The translations under genes and the position numbers were made by a program. This document shows, one piece after another, positions 46,367 to 56,200 of a DNA stretch of 64,000 bases; position 1 is the first letter of the stretch, and every line of letters begins with the position of its first letter. The stretch is taken from the NCBI GenBank assembly GCA_016235445.1, contig JACRLB010000032.1:10373-74372 (forward strand), read 5' to 3'. The notes beneath the pieces are model-generated. The model had not been told where the DNA came from and did no database searches. It saw nothing but the letters and a program-made list of their open reading frames with translations. This DNA is from Chloroflexota bacterium (GTDB lineage: Bacteria > Chloroflexota > Anaerolineae > Anaerolineales > Villigracilaceae).

Positions 46367-47384
46367 AAACATTTCTCCTTGTAGGTTGGATATACCAGAA
46401 TGGAAAGACTGCAAGAGATTTATCCCACGCCTTCGTTTCAAGTATATTGGAAGGTTTGAACAAGAGCTATTTTATGAGAATTATCTGGATTAGACAACCA
46501 TCCAAAAGGGGGAAAATTCAGCCCCCGCATCCTGCTGGATGTGAGGGCTGATTCTGTTTTCTGCATCAATTCCCCCGGCTGATAGTTTTTCAATTCGCCG
46601 TCAGCTTCCTACGGCACGTAATACTCGATCACCAACTGAGGCCTGTTCACGGCCCCCGCATTCCCGCTGTAGATCTTGAGGAAATTGGCAACAGCGTTGT
46701 TGTTGTCATCCAGCTTGAAGCGCAGGCGGATTTGCGTCAACCCGCCGCCCGTGCCAAGTTTATTGATAAAGGTTTTTGCAGGCGTCAGATTCAGGTTGTA
46801 CCAGCCTGCGGTCAATGCGGGGGAGGATGGCCCGACGGTCTTGCTGGCGGTGGCATTGAAATCTCCGAGCGCAAGAGGTGCAGTGCCGAACATGCCTTTC
46901 TTGATATCTGTCACAAAGCCCTGGAACATACCGACTGGGTTTCCACCGCCAACCACGCCCTGTCGCTTGAGTTTGAGGGTGACTTTGGTAACGATGGCGT
47001 TATCAGGCAGGGTGGCAGTGTTGAATGACAGGATGGAGCGATACTGTCTTTTAGCGGCATCATCTCCCAGATTAAGAGTCGAGGCGGTGGCGTTCATCGT
47101 CCCGCCCACGCCGCTGGTTTCCGTCGATTCGAGGATAAAGCCATCTTGAGCGCCAGTTGATTTGAAGGTAGTGATTATTGTCTTTTCGATATCATAGGTT
47201 TCGCCACTGGTAAAGGGCAGGCCGCTCAATGGATTACTTGACAGGTCAGTGATGGTGGCGGAGACAGGCACATCGAGGCGGATGGTGCCGTTGCCTGTGC
47301 CGGTGGAAACTGTCACAGTGTAGGAACTGCCCGTGCCGCTGACCCCGCTCACGGCGGCGCCAGAGACGCCGCTTGTCGTCAGGG
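46125..47384. repeat. Direct repeat copy B
   Basis: Matches 43588-44994 (offset 2537 at the low end, 2390 at the high end). Confidence 0.9.
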
Positions 47385-49728
47385 CAAAGTCGTCAAACGC
47401 AGGTCCAACATTATCTACTCCCGTCACAGGTTTAGAGAATGTGACTGTGAAATCCACGCTGGAGGCAGGGGTGGGGTTGGAGTTGGCAAGCACGCTGGAA
47501 ACTATGGAAGGTGCAGGTTGGCATTCGTATATTTGCACGTCATCCAGCCACCAGCCATATCCGCCGCTATTGGATGAACCCATCCCAAAGCGAAAGCGGA
47601 ACATTATATTTTGACCCGCCAGCGAACTCAGGTCTAAGCGGGTGGAAATATATCCGTGACTGATGCCGAAAAATACCTGGCGGCCATTCAAAGGATTTGT
47701 GGCATTGGACAGCGTCATGTCATAGCCATTGCCGTCCATCAAGGAGCCGGCGTCGATCCACGAGGCTCCGTCTGTTGTGCTGTACTCAAGAACACTGCCA
47801 GCCCCGGTTGCGTAGGCATGATGAAAGATCATTTTTCCGTTGGCTGGTACGATGACGCTATTGGCCATTTGTATGGTTGTATCTGCAACTTGCACAGGCA
47901 AAATATCGGCAAAGAGAAAATGATCGCCTGAGTGGGCAAAGATGCCGAGCGTGGCTTCGTAGGGCCAGTCGTAGGTCCAATGATTTGCGCCAACTGCAGC
48001 GCCGCTTATCCAATTGGCGGGGCCGCTTTCCATATCATCGTAAAAGCTGTTGAATGGGAGTTCCCCGGCAACATCACAAGCCGCGACATCGGGGTTATAT
48101 CCGCCAGCAGGCAGGAGAGGTTGGAGATTCATCTCGACTGCGGTGATGGCATCCAGAACTTCCTGGCAATCCGCGGGGGTGATTCCAGCAATGCCGATCT
48201 GTGCGGCGCAGGATGCTTGCAAGGCGTAATACAGGTCGGCATAATCTGCCCCGGAAGTGAGCAGGTTGGTTTGGACGTAATAATATATCTTGGCAACTTT
48301 GGTGATGCCCAACCCGGTAATGGTTTGTCCGTTAAAAGTTCCGCCATCTACCATTAAAGCGACAGCCTTGTTATTTACGCCGCTATTAACATGGACGCCA
48401 ACGGCTTCGCTCGCTCCGGTATAGTAAAACGGGCTGGTCATTTTATCTGGGTTTGAAAAAAGGGCGGGGTTGTTCATATCGCGCACGGCGCCGCCGGGAG
48501 CATCTTCGGCAATTTTCCAACGGACGGCTGGGGTGTCGGTGCCTGATCCATTGGTTAAGTCTACAAATTCCCCCCATATATCTGAAAACGACTCGTTAAT
48601 GGCGCCTGCCTGCCATAAAAGGAATAAGTCGGATGTGTAATCTGTAACTCCGTGGGTTAGTTCATGTGCCACAACATCATCCGCAACCCAGCCTGCGGCA
48701 TAGATCATCTGGGACCCAGTCCAGCGGGCAGTGGGAAAGGTGGACGTATTAGTGGTGGAGATGATACTCATGCCCGCGCCGTCAATGCTGTCGCGTCCGT
48801 GATTGGTCATGTAAAAATCATAGACATCACCTGCGTACTCGTGAGCCTTGATTGCATCGGGTGTACCGCCTGCGCACGTGGGGTTGCTCTCATCGCAGGC
48901 AAGCGTGCCGGGTATTGCGGCGGTGCCGGCGGCATCATAGGTTTTACGATCCATGATCTCTGCGATCTGATTAGTGGAGAGCACAATATCGCCGTGTTGT
49001 GCATCCACCAAAACCAATTGACGGATTGGGCCGAGACTATTTTTTGGAGTTACTTCAATGCGCCAAACCAAAACGGTTTCACCATTGTAGGGAGTCAACA
49101 ATACCGGGTTGTAGATCCACAATTCAGGGACGCTGGTTTGCAGTCCTTCGATACTGACGCCGTTTTCCAAAGCAGTTGCGACGAGGGCAGTTTGAATAGA
49201 AGTGGCTTCATCCACCATGGGGGTGGTGTCCAGTTCAATATTGGGGAGAATATCTCCGCTTGCGGAGAGCACATTGTTGGCAGAATCCATGTGGACAATC
49301 ATTTCGCCAGCCAGGATGGGGACGCCGTGATATGTTTGCTGGAAGCGCACAGCGCTTGCGCCATTGTCGATTTGTGTTTTGAGCAAGACCTTGAGGTCTT
49401 TCGCGGGGTCTGCAAGCCCAAATTCACGCCCGCGTACTTCGAGGAATGAGGTGGCGGCTTTTTCCGGGGTCGCGTTACTCATCAAAGCAGTTGCTTTTTT
49501 AATGGGAGCCCCGGATTGCGCGCCCATGAAACGCGCCATTCCTGTCAATGGATGGTAGGCAACCACTTCCCCTTGTTCGCGAGGATGACCTTCAAGCAAA
49601 ATACCTGCACCGTTGGCAGGGCTGTTTGGCCTTAAATCAAATGCCGCCTGTGTCGGAGTCGCCATCACCACACTCAACACAAGGCTTGATAATACCGCCA
49701 TACGTACAAGAGTATTCATGATTTTCAT
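46609..49728 (-). CDS. Secreted M4 (thermolysin-family) metallopeptidase + MAM/InhA-like + Ig-like + shared C-terminal domain
   Basis: Signal peptide; FTP/PepSY propeptide (VRFQQTYHGVPI, LVWRIEV); HELTH, GAINESFSD, VHVNSGVNNK; ends RPQLVIEYYVP. Confidence 0.9.
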   Translation of the reverse strand: MKIMNTLVRMAVLSSLVLSVVMATPTQAAFDLRPNSPANGAGILLEGHPREQGEVVAYHPLTGMARFMGAQSGAPIKKATALMSNATPEKAATSFLEVRGREFGLADPAKDLKVLLKTQIDNGASAVRFQQTYHGVPILAGEMIVHMDSANNVLSASGDILPNIELDTTPMVDEATSIQTALVATALENGVSIEGLQTSVPELWIYNPVLLTPYNGETVLVWRIEVTPKNSLGPIRQLVLVDAQHGDIVLSTNQIAEIMDRKTYDAAGTAAIPGTLACDESNPTCAGGTPDAIKAHEYAGDVYDFYMTNHGRDSIDGAGMSIISTTNTSTFPTARWTGSQMIYAAGWVADDVVAHELTHGVTDYTSDLFLLWQAGAINESFSDIWGEFVDLTNGSGTDTPAVRWKIAEDAPGGAVRDMNNPALFSNPDKMTSPFYYTGASEAVGVHVNSGVNNKAVALMVDGGTFNGQTITGLGITKVAKIYYYVQTNLLTSGADYADLYYALQASCAAQIGIAGITPADCQEVLDAITAVEMNLQPLLPAGGYNPDVAACDVAGELPFNSFYDDMESGPANWISGAAVGANHWTYDWPYEATLGIFAHSGDHFLFADILPVQVADTTIQMANSVIVPANGKMIFHHAYATGAGSVLEYSTTDGASWIDAGSLMDGNGYDMTLSNATNPLNGRQVFFGISHGYISTRLDLSSLAGQNIMFRFRFGMGSSNSGGYGWWLDDVQIYECQPAPSIVSSVLANSNPTPASSVDFTVTFSKPVTGVDNVGPAFDDFALTTSGVSGAAVSGVSGTGSSYTVTVSTGTGNGTIRLDVPVSATITDLSSNPLSGLPFTSGETYDIEKTIITTFKSTGAQDGFILESTETSGVGGTMNATASTLNLGDDAAKRQYRSILSFNTATLPDNAIVTKVTLKLKRQGVVGGGNPVGMFQGFVTDIKKGMFGTAPLALGDFNATASKTVGPSSPALTAGWYNLNLTPAKTFINKLGTGGGLTQIRLRFKLDDNNNAVANFLKIYSGNAGAVNRPQLVIEYYVP

Positions 49729-49896
49729 TTGAAGTTTCCTTTTTTGTAAATTAATTTTGTATCTTCTCAATAATCAGGGGAAACGCCCCGAAGGTTTCGT
49801 TACATTTACTACATTACTGTTCGAGTTTACCCAAAGTATCGATTAATTCTGTTGCCAATTTGTTGACAAATCAATCGGGTAAAATTGCTCTTAACA

Positions 49897-52509
49897 ATGG
49901 CTAAACGCAGGGCTGTGCTCAGTCGTTCTGAATTCACCACCTTTGGCGAATTGTTGCGCTATTTACGCGAACGCGTCAGGCTTTCTCAACGTGAACTGGC
50001 TCAAAAGGTCGGCTATCACTATAGCTACATCAGCCGCCTGGAGAGAAATTCGCGCACGCTCGATGTGCTCACTCTGCGTACGCGCTTCATCCCCGCCCTT
50101 CGGATTCAGAACGAACCTGCCTGGGTCGAGCGTCTGCTCGAATTAGCAGACGGCCCAAATGACTCAGCGGAAGATCAGGCTCTGGTTGCAGAACCAGCTC
50201 GAAGCGCGGGGCGAAGCGTGAGTCGGCCTGTCAGCCTGACGCCACTATTGGGGCGCGAATCCGAATCTGAGGCATTGTTCCAAATTCTATTGGACGAAGA
50301 AGTACGCCTGGTTACGTTGATCGGCCCGCCTGGGGTGGGAAAAACCCGCCTTTCCATTCACATCCTCGAACAGCTTTCATCCATGTTTGCAAACGGAGCG
50401 GTGTTTGTCGATCTCATGCCTGTTTTAGATGCTGGGCAGGTGATCACTGCCCTCGCCGCAGTTTTGGGCACGCAGGAAACCATTAAAGCGTCGGCGCTTG
50501 AAAATGTGAAGTCCGCTTTGCAGGGCAGCAGTTTGCTGATCGTGATGGATAATTTTGAACAGGTGCTGGCCGCCGCGCCGCAATTGCTTCCAATTTTGGG
50601 AGCCGCGCCCGGGGTGAAAATTCTAGCGACCAGCCGCGAAGCATTGCGTTTGCGCGGCGAGCAGGAGTTCCCGCTTGCGCCGCTGGCAGTGCCGGATGAA
50701 AAAAGCCAGTCTGTTTTGGATTTCCCCTCCGTACAGCTTTTCATGCAACGGGCACATTCCGCCAAACCAGATTTTCAACTTGATGAAGAAGACGCTTCGC
50801 GCGCCGCCGAGATATGCCGCCGTTTAGACGGTTTACCCCTCGCTATTGAATTGGCCGCCGCGCGCATTCGCACCTTCTCCCCTGCCGATATGCTCGAACA
50901 GTTCGACCGTCGCTTTCAGTGGTTGGCGCATACCAGCAGGGATATGCCCGAATGGCGCAGAACCTTATGGTCCACCATCGAATGGAGCTACAACCTGCTT
51001 TCAGAAAAAGAACGCGCCTTGTTTGAGCGTCTCTCCGTTTTTACAGGTGGCTGGACAATTGAAGCCGCCGAGGCCCTGTGTAGTGACGGGAAATTTTTCC
51101 CGCAAACCGAAACATTAACCATACTGATGCAATTGGTGGGCAAATCGCTGGTGGCGTCAGAGACAGGTGGGCGTTATCGGTTTCTGGATACGATTGAAAA
51201 ATTTGCGCACGAGAAACTTATCGAAAGCGGCGGCCTGGAAGAAATGAACAACAGCCACCTGCGTTATTTTGCAGATTGGGCTGAAGCTTTGGAAGCACAA
51301 TTCAACACGATCACGCCGCTTATTTTTCAATCGCGCGCTGCGCCGGAATTGACGAATATCCGCGCCGCGCTGGAATGGGCGCTGCACCACCGCGAGGCTT
51401 TTGTCGATGGGTTAAGGCTTTCAATTCCTACGAGCTTGATATGGCTCGAGCTTGGCCAAATCCGTGACGAGTACGAGCGCGCCCGGATATTCCTGCGAGG
51501 CATTACCGATCCTGCACTGCAACCTTTGCAGGTTCGCCTGCTCCTGCGAACCGCCGCGCTTGGATTCCGTATTGAGTCAGGGGGTATACCCTACGAAGAC
51601 TGCTTGAACGCGGAGCGTATTGCGCGCAGTTTGAATGATATGAAACTGTTGGCTGATGTGCTATTCGCGCTAGGTGATATGGATCGTGAATTAAGAAGAT
51701 TCGATTCTGCGGATAAATATTTAACGGAATGCGTGGCGATGTATCGTGAACTCAACCTGCTGGCAGAGTTGAATCACAGCCTCTCCAGCATGGGAAATAA
51801 TCTTTATCATTTGGGCAGATTTGCAGGGTCGCGGGCTGCGTTGGATGAAGCGCTGGAAATAGCCATTCAAATCAGCGACCCCACCGGGCTGGGTTCCGCA
51901 TTGCGTGTACGGGCCACCAACCTTCGTTATGATGGGAAGTATCTCGAAGCGCTTGAGGCGTTTAAGAGCGCATTGGATGTGGCGCGCACCAACGGAGATC
52001 GTCCAAATGTTGCCATCAACCTGGCAAACTTATGTGTGCTCGCAAATTTGTTGGAAGATTACCCCGCGTCTGCCGATTATGCCGAAGCGGCGATCATGGT
52101 TTTCCAATCCCTTGGCAATAGAGATCAGCAGGCGTTTCCAAAACGGATGCTGGCGTATGCGTTGCTACAGCAGGGATTTTCCGCCAGAGCAAAGGTTTAC
52201 GCATTGGAAAGTTTACACATCAATCTTGAAGCCGGCACACGAGGGATGGGGACTCTGCCCAGTTTGCTTGCCCTTGCTGAAATAGAACTGGCCGAAGGAA
52301 ATCTGGAGACCCCAGCGCGCATCTATGGATTCCTGAAGCCCCAGCTTGAAGGGAAGTTCCTTGTAGTCAATCCCGACTCACGTTCATTTGATAGGGTTGG
52401 CTGTAAACTAGTTGGGAAAGGGACTGAAGCCTGGCAGATCGAAGGCGCATCCATGCTGCTGGATGAGGCAGTCATCAGTTTTGATGGAAGCAGTTCAGCA
52501 AGCCCGTAG
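49897..52509 (+). CDS. XRE-HTH + STAND (NB-ARC-like) ATPase + TPR transcriptional regulator
   Basis: LRYLRERVRLSQRELA HTH, GPPGVGKT, LIVMDNFEQ, LDGLPLAIELAAAR, WSYNLL, C-terminal TPR-like helices. Confidence 0.9.
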   Translation: MAKRRAVLSRSEFTTFGELLRYLRERVRLSQRELAQKVGYHYSYISRLERNSRTLDVLTLRTRFIPALRIQNEPAWVERLLELADGPNDSAEDQALVAEPARSAGRSVSRPVSLTPLLGRESESEALFQILLDEEVRLVTLIGPPGVGKTRLSIHILEQLSSMFANGAVFVDLMPVLDAGQVITALAAVLGTQETIKASALENVKSALQGSSLLIVMDNFEQVLAAAPQLLPILGAAPGVKILATSREALRLRGEQEFPLAPLAVPDEKSQSVLDFPSVQLFMQRAHSAKPDFQLDEEDASRAAEICRRLDGLPLAIELAAARIRTFSPADMLEQFDRRFQWLAHTSRDMPEWRRTLWSTIEWSYNLLSEKERALFERLSVFTGGWTIEAAEALCSDGKFFPQTETLTILMQLVGKSLVASETGGRYRFLDTIEKFAHEKLIESGGLEEMNNSHLRYFADWAEALEAQFNTITPLIFQSRAAPELTNIRAALEWALHHREAFVDGLRLSIPTSLIWLELGQIRDEYERARIFLRGITDPALQPLQVRLLLRTAALGFRIESGGIPYEDCLNAERIARSLNDMKLLADVLFALGDMDRELRRFDSADKYLTECVAMYRELNLLAELNHSLSSMGNNLYHLGRFAGSRAALDEALEIAIQISDPTGLGSALRVRATNLRYDGKYLEALEAFKSALDVARTNGDRPNVAINLANLCVLANLLEDYPASADYAEAAIMVFQSLGNRDQQAFPKRMLAYALLQQGFSARAKVYALESLHINLEAGTRGMGTLPSLLALAEIELAEGNLETPARIYGFLKPQLEGKFLVVNPDSRSFDRVGCKLVGKGTEAWQIEGASMLLDEAVISFDGSSSASP

Positions 52510-52624
52510 TGATGTATCCGAAAAATCAACGTAGAGTTGAAAAGACAAGGGGTAAATTAATCTCACGCGGCATTTTCCGAAAATATAGTGACTCTGAGCT
52601 AGGTTTAATCCCCCCCGAATATAC

Positions 52625-52672
52625 TAGAAAAATATCATAAATATTGACAAATCCCCCCAGCCCTGCTATAAT
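52625..52672 (+). promoter_or_regulatory. sigma70 promoter of the suf operon with a candidate SufR operator overlapping the -35
   Basis: TTGACA (52644), 17 bp, TATAAT (52667); 52625-52645 is the reverse complement (20/21) of 2561-2581. Confidence 0.82.
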
Positions 52673-52740
52673 GCCGCCGACCTGCAAAATACTGCATAAA
52701 AACGCCACTTCGTGGCTTGAATTCAGGAGTATACCCAAGA

Positions 52741-53520
52741 ATGTCGCAACTTGAGATAAAAAACCTACATGTGAGTATCGAAGACAAGGAAATTCTAAAA
52801 GGACTTTCACTCACGATCAACCAGGGTGAAATCCACGCAATCATGGGGCCGAACGGCACGGGCAAATCCACCCTGGCTTACACCCTCATGGGACACCCCA
52901 ATTACACCGTCACCGAAGGTGAGATCATCTTCAAAGGAAAAAACGTTCTCGAGCTGGAGCCAGACGAACGCTCCCGCGCGGGGATTTTCCTCGCCTTTCA
53001 ATACCCCGTCGCCATCCCCGGCGTCACCGTGGCCAACTTCCTGCGCACCGCCATCAACGCCCGCCGCCGCGCCGTCAACCCCGAAGACAAAGGCATGCCC
53101 ATCCCCGAATTCCGCAAGATGCTCAAGGAAAAGATGGACACCCTCAAGATGGATCACGCCTTTGCTGGCCGCTATCTAAACGACGGCTTCTCCGGCGGCG
53201 AAAAGAAACGCGCCGAAATTTTGCAGATGGCCGCCCTCAAGCCAGAGATCGCCATTTTGGATGAGACAGATTCAGGCTTGGATATTGATGCGCTCCGCAT
53301 CGTCTCGGAAGGCGTCAACGCTCTTTCCGGTCCCGAGCTTGGGGTGCTGGTCATCACGCATTATCAACGCCTGTTGAATTACATCAAACCGAATTTCGTC
53401 CATATCATGCTGGATGGCCGCATCGTTGAATCAGGCGCCGCCGACCTGGCCCTCCACCTCGAAGACCAGGGCTACGATTGGGTGCGTGAAAAGTATGACG
53501 CAGTAGCTGAAGAAAGCTAA
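52741..53520 (+). CDS. sufC: Fe-S cluster assembly ATPase SufC
   Basis: [38 protein letters not shown]. Confidence 0.97.
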   Translation: MSQLEIKNLHVSIEDKEILKGLSLTINQGEIHAIMGPNGTGKSTLAYTLMGHPNYTVTEGEIIFKGKNVLELEPDERSRAGIFLAFQYPVAIPGVTVANFLRTAINARRRAVNPEDKGMPIPEFRKMLKEKMDTLKMDHAFAGRYLNDGFSGGEKKRAEILQMAALKPEIAILDETDSGLDIDALRIVSEGVNALSGPELGVLVITHYQRLLNYIKPNFVHIMLDGRIVESGAADLALHLEDQGYDWVREKYDAVAEES

Positions 53521-53580
53521 GACTTAAACCTTAGTGACCCTTCATTCCCTTAATGGTGAAAGAATCCCCGGAGAATTCTC

Positions 53581-56109
53581 ATGACCGAAGAAACCAAACC
53601 TGACGACACCAAACTCCTCGAAGAGATTGGTGATTATAAATATGGTTTTCACGACCGCGACGATAATTACGTGTTCAAATCCGAACGTGGATTGAGCCGC
53701 GAAGTCGTTGAAAATATTTCCCGCATGAAAAACGAACCTCAATGGATGCTCGAATTCCGCCTCAAGGCGTATGAGCATTACATCAACCGCCCCATGCCAA
53801 ACTGGGGACCAACCCTCGACGAAATCGAATTCGACAATATTTTCTACTACGTCAAGCCGACCGAAAAAAGTGAAAAAAACTGGGACAACGTCCCCGATGA
53901 TATCAAGAACACCTTCAATAAATTAGGCATCCCCGAAGCCGAGCAAAAGTTTTTGGCAGGCGTAGGCGCACAGTACGAATCCGAAATGGTGTATCACTCC
54001 ATTTTAGAGCATCTTGAAAAGCAGGGCGTCATCTTCCTGTCCATTGAAGATGGCCTCAAACAATACCCTGATCTCTTCAAAGAATATTTCGGCACGGTCA
54101 TCCCCATTGAAGATAACAAATTCGCCGCGCTCAACTCTGCCGTTTGGTCTGGAGGTTCGTTCGTGTACGTGCCAAAAGGCGTCAAAGTGGACCTGCCCTT
54201 GCAGGCTTACTTCCGCTTGAACACCGCCAACGTCGGCCAGTTCGAACGCACCCTCATCATCGTGGATGAAGGCGCATCTGTGCATTATGTCGAAGGATGT
54301 TTCCTGGAAGGCGCACGGGTACGGATTCGCAATGGTGAAAAGCCAATTGAAGAAATCGAAGTTGGCGATGAAGTGATGACGCACCAGGGCCGTTGGCGCA
54401 ATGTTTATCACACCATGAAGCGAGCTTACCATGGAAATATTTTCAACATCAAAATCTATGGCGATAGTGGACGTGAGTTGAAAGTTACCGCAGAGCACCC
54501 TTTATTGGTTGCCTCCCGCCAAAGACAAAACGAACGCAACAAGGAGTTTCAACCCGTTTGGAAATTTGCTGAAAACGTTCAAGTCGGTGATTACCTTGTT
54601 ATTCCAATTCCTCAACCAGTTGCCGAACCTGCTCTTGCTCACAGCGTTACTGTCCCCCTGGGGCGCGGACGACATGCTCCAGTTGACCGCGAAGTGAATT
54701 TGCCTTACGAACCAGATTTCTTCCGCCTGCTTGGCTATTACTTTGCCGAAGGCCATGTGGACAACGAGCATTACATCTCATTATCTTTCCATGTGGATGA
54801 GACAGAATACCTTGCCGATGCGAAATCACTCATTGAACGATACTTTGGCAAATCACCCATTGAAAATACTCCGCGTCAAAACGGACAAACGCTGGTTCTT
54901 TCCTCCACCGAAGTTGCCCGAACTTTCGCGCGTGAATTCGGCTCGAATGTTTACGAGAAACACATTCCTGAATGGGTTTCCAGCGCCGATCCGGGTTTGC
55001 TTGCCGAACTTGTAAAGGGGATGTGGTGCGGCGACGGGAGTTACGACGCCAGAAAGAATATGTTCCGGTACAACACCGTCTCCGCCGACCTTGCGTATGC
55101 TTTCCGTGATGCTTGTTTGCGTCTGGGTATTGCCGCATCTGTGAATATGCAGGAAAGAGCCCTGCCTCGTAAAAATATTTATGCTGTTGTAATTCCCTCG
55201 CCTTTCAATCCGCAGTTTGGTGAAATTGTCGGCGTGGATGCGCCAGCGGGCGACCTCAGCGGCTCTCCCTTCTCGATGGATGAAAACTTCCTCTATGTTC
55301 CCATTAAAGAGATCACCGTTGAAGAAATGGAAACAGAAGTTTTCAACTTCTCTGTGGAAGAAGATGAGTCGTATGTCGCCGAAGGGGTTGTCTCACATAA
55401 CTGCACCGCTCCTCAGTACACCACCAACTCCTTCCATAGCGGCGTGATCGAGATTATCGTCAAGAAGGGTGCGCGCTCCCGTTATTCCACCATTCAAAAC
55501 TGGTCCACCAACGTCTTCAACCTCGTCACCCAGCGCGCAAAAGTCTTTGCAAACGCCTCCCACGAATGGGTAGATGCGAACCTCGGTTCCAAACTCACCA
55601 TGAAATATCCATCCTGCTATTTGATGGAACCCGGCGCGCATGGCGAAATGCTTTCCATGGCATTCGCAGGCCCCGGCCAAACTCAGGACGCAGGCTCAAA
55701 GATGATGCACTTCGCGCCAAACACCACCAGCAAGATCGTTTCCAAATCCATCAGCAAGAGCGGCGGACGCGCCTCCTATCGCGGCATGGTCAAAGTGTAC
55801 AAAGGCTCGAAGGGCGTCAAATCCAACGTGGTTTGCGACGCGCTTTTGCTCGACCCCAAATCCCGCTCCGACACCTACCCCACCATCGAGATCGACGAAG
55901 ACGATGTAACCATCGGCCACGAAGCCTCCGTCAGCAAAGTGGGCGAAGAACAACTCTTCTACTTAATGTCCCGCGGCCTCAGCGAAGAGGAAGCCACCAC
56001 CATGGTAGTCTCTGGCTTCATCGAACCCCTCGTCAAAGAACTGCCGATGGAATATGCCGTTGAAATGAATCGTCTGATTCAATTACAGATGGAAGGCTCA
56101 ATAGGATAA
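53581..56109 (+). CDS. sufB: Fe-S scaffold SufB containing an intein
   Basis: SufB motifs (GVGAQYESE, GQFERTLI, VHYVEG/CTAP, YSTIQNWS, EYAVE) interrupted by 368 aa. Confidence 0.96.
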   Translation: MTEETKPDDTKLLEEIGDYKYGFHDRDDNYVFKSERGLSREVVENISRMKNEPQWMLEFRLKAYEHYINRPMPNWGPTLDEIEFDNIFYYVKPTEKSEKNWDNVPDDIKNTFNKLGIPEAEQKFLAGVGAQYESEMVYHSILEHLEKQGVIFLSIEDGLKQYPDLFKEYFGTVIPIEDNKFAALNSAVWSGGSFVYVPKGVKVDLPLQAYFRLNTANVGQFERTLIIVDEGASVHYVEGCFLEGARVRIRNGEKPIEEIEVGDEVMTHQGRWRNVYHTMKRAYHGNIFNIKIYGDSGRELKVTAEHPLLVASRQRQNERNKEFQPVWKFAENVQVGDYLVIPIPQPVAEPALAHSVTVPLGRGRHAPVDREVNLPYEPDFFRLLGYYFAEGHVDNEHYISLSFHVDETEYLADAKSLIERYFGKSPIENTPRQNGQTLVLSSTEVARTFAREFGSNVYEKHIPEWVSSADPGLLAELVKGMWCGDGSYDARKNMFRYNTVSADLAYAFRDACLRLGIAASVNMQERALPRKNIYAVVIPSPFNPQFGEIVGVDAPAGDLSGSPFSMDENFLYVPIKEITVEEMETEVFNFSVEEDESYVAEGVVSHNCTAPQYTTNSFHSGVIEIIVKKGARSRYSTIQNWSTNVFNLVTQRAKVFANASHEWVDANLGSKLTMKYPSCYLMEPGAHGEMLSMAFAGPGQTQDAGSKMMHFAPNTTSKIVSKSISKSGGRASYRGMVKVYKGSKGVKSNVVCDALLLDPKSRSDTYPTIEIDEDDVTIGHEASVSKVGEEQLFYLMSRGLSEEEATTMVVSGFIEPLVKELPMEYAVEMNRLIQLQMEGSIG
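54298..55401 (+). mobile_element. Intein with LAGLIDADG homing endonuclease (368 aa)
   Basis: N-terminal CFLEG, block B TAEHP, LAGLIDADG-like RLLGYYFAEG and ELVKGMWCGDG, block F VFNFSVEEDESY, C-terminal SHN followed by +1 Cys. Confidence 0.95.
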
Positions 56110-56115
56110 TTCGCC

Positions 56116-56179
56116 CTGAGCGGAAGAGCCGAGTGCAAGCCGAGGCTTTGAAGTCGAAGGGCGCTTCGACCACGCTCAG
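56116..56179. repeat. REP-like ctgagcg...gtcgaag/cttcgac...cgctcag element
   Basis: Nested inverted arms in the sufB-sufD spacer. Confidence 0.65.
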
Positions 56180-56200
56180 CGCGAAATCTGGATAAAAACT

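Noticed and set aside
49863-49885. TTGACA...TAAAAT as the promoter of the STAND regulator
   Set aside because: Spacer is only 11 bp
52526-52871. Small minus-strand ORFs upstream of sufC
   Set aside because: They overlap the consensus suf promoter and sufC, with no coding signal
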